DNA of 32,000 bases from Candidatus Saccharimonadota bacterium. Its GTDB lineage: Bacteria > Patescibacteriota > Gracilibacteria > BD1-5 > UBA6164. The DNA is taken from NCBI GenBank assembly GCA_963677765.1, contig OY782392.1, positions 720,001 through 752,000 of the forward strand, written 5' to 3'. Positions 29,746 through 32,000 of the stretch are shown in pieces. Every line of letters starts with the position of its first letter. Position 1 is the first letter of the stretch. The position numbers and the translations under genes are program-made. The notes beneath the pieces are model-generated. The model was not told where the DNA came from. It ran no database searches and saw only the letters and a list, made by a program, of their open reading frames with translations.

Positions 29746-30432
29746 ATGGATTGCTTAATTATAGATGATGATAAATTTTTAACTATGAAGTTAAAAAAGA
29801 TGTTTATTAATATTAAAAATATAAATAGTGTAATAACCATTAATGATTATTTGTGATTTATTAATATATATTTTAGTATAAATATATATGATGTTATTTT
29901 ATTGGATATTAATCTTAACTCTAATAAAAATTGAATTGATATATTGAGATTAATTAGAAGAAAAAATTTAACTATTCCTATAATAATATTTAGTTGAAAC
30001 TCAAATCTAGATATGATAGATTTAGCTTTTAAAAATTGAGCTAGTGACTATATAATCAAACCATTTAGATTTGAAGAATTAAAGCTTAGAGTTTTAAATT
30101 GGTATAAAAATAGAAAATGTAGAGTTGATTATTATTCTAATTGAAATATTTATTACAATTGATTACTATATTATATTGATAATAATGATTTTTTATATTT
30201 TTGAGAAAAGATTTTATTAACAAAAACTACTAAAAGGCTGTTATATATTTTCTTATATAATAAAGAGAAGTTAATTTCAAATGATTTTTTATTAGAAAAA
30301 TTATATTGATATTGAATTTATGACAAAAATCTTAGGATTATAATTTTAAGACTGAAGAAAAGTTTATTATCATTTTGATTAGGAAACTCTATCGAAAATA
30401 TAAGATGAGAATGATATATTTTTAAAATATAA
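29746..30432 (+). CDS. OmpR-family response regulator (second copy)
   Basis: MDCLIIDDDKFL...YDVILLDINL...GASDYIIKPFRFEELKLRV...LLTKTTKRLLYIFLYNKEKLISNDFL...IENIRGEGYIFKI. 229 codons. Confidence 0.85.
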
Positions 30433-30477
30433 TAAAATATGATATAATATTTATATATTAAATAAAATTAATAAAAA

Positions 30478-31029
30478 ATGTTAGAAAAAGAAATAAAAAT
30501 ATTAGATATAGATAAAAGGTCTGTGGAAGAAAAATTATTAAAACTAGGTGCAATTAAGACTTTTGACTGATTTATTCATGATATTTACTATGATTTTCCA
30601 GATTGAGATAATATGAAAATGGAAGAAAATAAGAGGTTATTTAGAGTGAGAAAAAAATGAGAAGAACATCTATATACAATAAAAAGAAAAAGAAATAAAA
30701 AAAGTGAAGGTTGAGAAAAATGAGTAAAAGTAGCAGATGAATGAGAAAATACTATAACTGATGTTGAAAGTTTCACAAAGGTTTTAGAAAAATATTGAAT
30801 GACTAAAACAAGAGAAAAAATGAAGCATAGAACATCTTATAAATTATGAAATATAGAATTTGATATTGATGATTATGAATGAATTCCTACTCTTATAGAA
30901 ATTGAGGCTCCAAGTTCTTCAGATATAAAAGAATATATATCATTATTAAATCTAGATAATCATATACAAAAGAAGTTTTGATCGAGAAAATTATATGAAT
31001 ATTATTGATTAGAATATAAATATTTATAA
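30478..31029 (+). CDS. CYTH-domain protein (CyaB-type class IV adenylyl cyclase / triphosphate tunnel metalloenzyme)
   Basis: MLEKEIKILDID... has the N-terminal ExExK signature. ...RVRKKGEEHLYTIKRK...KHRTSYKLGNIEFDIDDYEGIPTLIEIEA is typical of the CyaB/ThTPase fold. 184 codons. Confidence 0.75.
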
Positions 31030-31059
31030 AAAACAACTAATTAAAATAGTTGTTTTTTT
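31028..31059 (+). terminator. Rho-independent terminator after the CYTH gene
   Basis: AAAAAACAACTA-ATTAAAA-TAGTTGTTTTTT(T). Confidence 0.75.
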
Positions 31060-31070
31060 ATTTATAAATA

Positions 31071-31099
31071 AAAAAGTATCTTATTAAGATACTTTTTTT
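31071..31099 (-). terminator. Hairpin terminator for the VTC-domain gene (its stop codon lies in the hairpin)
   Basis: AAAAAGTATCTT-ATT-AAGATACTTTTT. The minus-strand stop codon is at 31084-31086. Confidence 0.7.
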
Positions 31100-31947
31100 G
31101 TTATTTCATTTGTTATATGTTTTGTTATATCATTTAGAGAACCTTTTCTTTTTTTATTAGATATTGTTTCCATTCTAATTTTTTTGATTTGTTCCATTGT
31201 TTCTTTAAATGTATCAAATTTTTCTGCTAATCATGAATAAACAACTCATAGAGAATATTTGCTACAACTTTTTGCCTTATCTATATTGTGTGTTTTCATT
31301 ATTTCACAAGCTTGACAGTCTTCTTTTAATGATTTACTTTCTATTATAACAAGATTTTTTAAATCAACTATCTTTGCTCATTTTTTTCTTAAGTCAGTTG
31401 CTTTTATATCAAAATCAATAGTTAATCTTTCTTCTCAGTTTTTACTAACCATTGTTATTCTTTTATAGTTTGTCTTTATAGAAGGAGATATTTCAGGTGC
31501 TTTTTCACCAGAATATACACTTTGCCATACTCAATCAAAGAACCTTTTTTTACCTCTAGTCATGAAACCATGTTCTTCAGAAGGAAATTGATATCTATAT
31601 TTACTTGTTATTCCATCGTTTTTTTGTTTATATTCAAAAAATGCTAAATTTGAATCTACATAATATCTTGTTCTAACTTTTGTTCTAGATTTTAATTTAT
31701 TTTGATGTTGATTATAAAATAGATAATCTTTTGTATCCATATATACATTATCATATTCAAAAACTTTTTTTCAGGCAATTTCTAATACTTGAAATTGATC
31801 TTTTAAATCACTAAGTATATCTGAAAATTGTTTTGAATTAAGTAGAAATTTTCTATCAATTCTTTTTAAAAAACTTGCTGTAGAATTTAATTCAGTTAAA
31901 GTTATTGGTTTAAAACTTTTTAGTTTATCGTTAAATTTAGGAGCCAT
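31084..31947 (-). CDS. VTC-domain protein (polyphosphate-polymerase-type triphosphate tunnel domain)
   Basis: MAPKFNDKLKSFKPITLTELNSTASFLKRIDRKFLL...FEYDNVYMDTKDYLFYNQHQNKLKSRTKVRTRYYVDSNLAFFEYKQKNDGITSKYR...ERLTIDFDI...IIESK. These are the R.D.KF, Y.DT...Y, R.K.R.R.Y and E.K blocks of bacterial VTC proteins. Track ORF 31531-31740 is an in-frame fragment. 288 codons. Confidence 0.75.
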
Positions 31948-31972
31948 ATTACTTCAGGGGGGTTAGTTTTTA

Positions 31973-31986
31973 TTTTTGTTTTTGTA
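31973..31986 (-). other. 14-nt motif TACAAAAACAAAAA at -39..-26 of the VTC gene ATG (copy 2 of 2)
   Basis: It is identical in sequence and spacing to 11566-11579 upstream of the sortase gene. A C6 run (31957-31962) lies between the motif and the ATG. Confidence 0.4.
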
Positions 31987-32000
31987 TTACTTATTTATTT

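Noticed and set aside
1-32000. TGA read as Trp (table 4, Mycoplasma/Spiroplasma-like), given the low GC
   Set aside because: TGA falls at invariant Gly of P-loops, TGxxxGxG, GxGD and similar motifs. Conserved Trp positions use TGG. Trp at those sites would destroy the motifs.
1-32000. In-frame TGAs as pseudogene decay or as selenocysteine
   Set aside because: There are hundreds of TGAs, while the same frames contain no TAA or TAG over up to 793 codons, which is incompatible with decay. The density and the Gly positions are incompatible with Sec, and I saw no SECIS-like context.
1-32000. Search for tRNA/rRNA genes, CRISPR arrays, transposases, integrases, phage genes and toxin-antitoxin pairs
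   Set aside because: None were found. All spacers over 100 bp were read on both strands. There is no cloverleaf-compatible GC-rich segment. The only repeats are the tandem 18-mer, the 39-nt terminator pair and the operator-like palindromes.

Overview
This is a very AT-rich bacterial chromosomal segment that is only interpretable if TGA is read as glycine (NCBI translation table 25, the Gracilibacteria / Absconditabacteria-SR1 code; CPR/Patescibacteria-type organism). The supplied standard-code ORF track covers about 15% of the window, and 13 of its 18 ORFs are antisense or off-frame artefacts. With TGA=Gly I can hand-translate 31 TAA/TAG-terminated genes covering about 93% of the window. Left to right they are: a peroxide-stress cluster (1-Cys peroxiredoxin, minimal Fur-family regulator with two 7-1-7 palindromic boxes, Bcp); a CIRCE-controlled clpB lacking the N-domain; a YgjV-like membrane protein; a TIMP/NTR-like CxC secreted protein; a tight four-gene operon (Pfs-like nucleosidase, spore-photoproduct-lyase-family radical SAM, SDR, membrane-anchored alpha/beta-hydrolase fused to VanY); rlmE; a sortase plus a mini membrane protein; a Nudix hydrolase; two hypotheticals; prepilin peptidase; a 648-aa protein with a peptidoglycan-binding domain; a polytopic membrane protein; engB; an AI-2E transporter; a 69-aa protein with a His/Cys tail; a TPR lipoprotein and a 792-aa Cys/Thr-rich secreted protein bracketed by identical 39-nt terminator copies; pnp; a two-component module (histidine kinase, two OmpR-type regulators, a CxxC protein); and a convergent CYTH / VTC pair. 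I found no rRNA, tRNA, CRISPR array, transposase or integrase. All homology calls come from motif recognition by eye on my own translations, not from database searches. Coordinates of starts and stops were checked for frame consistency.
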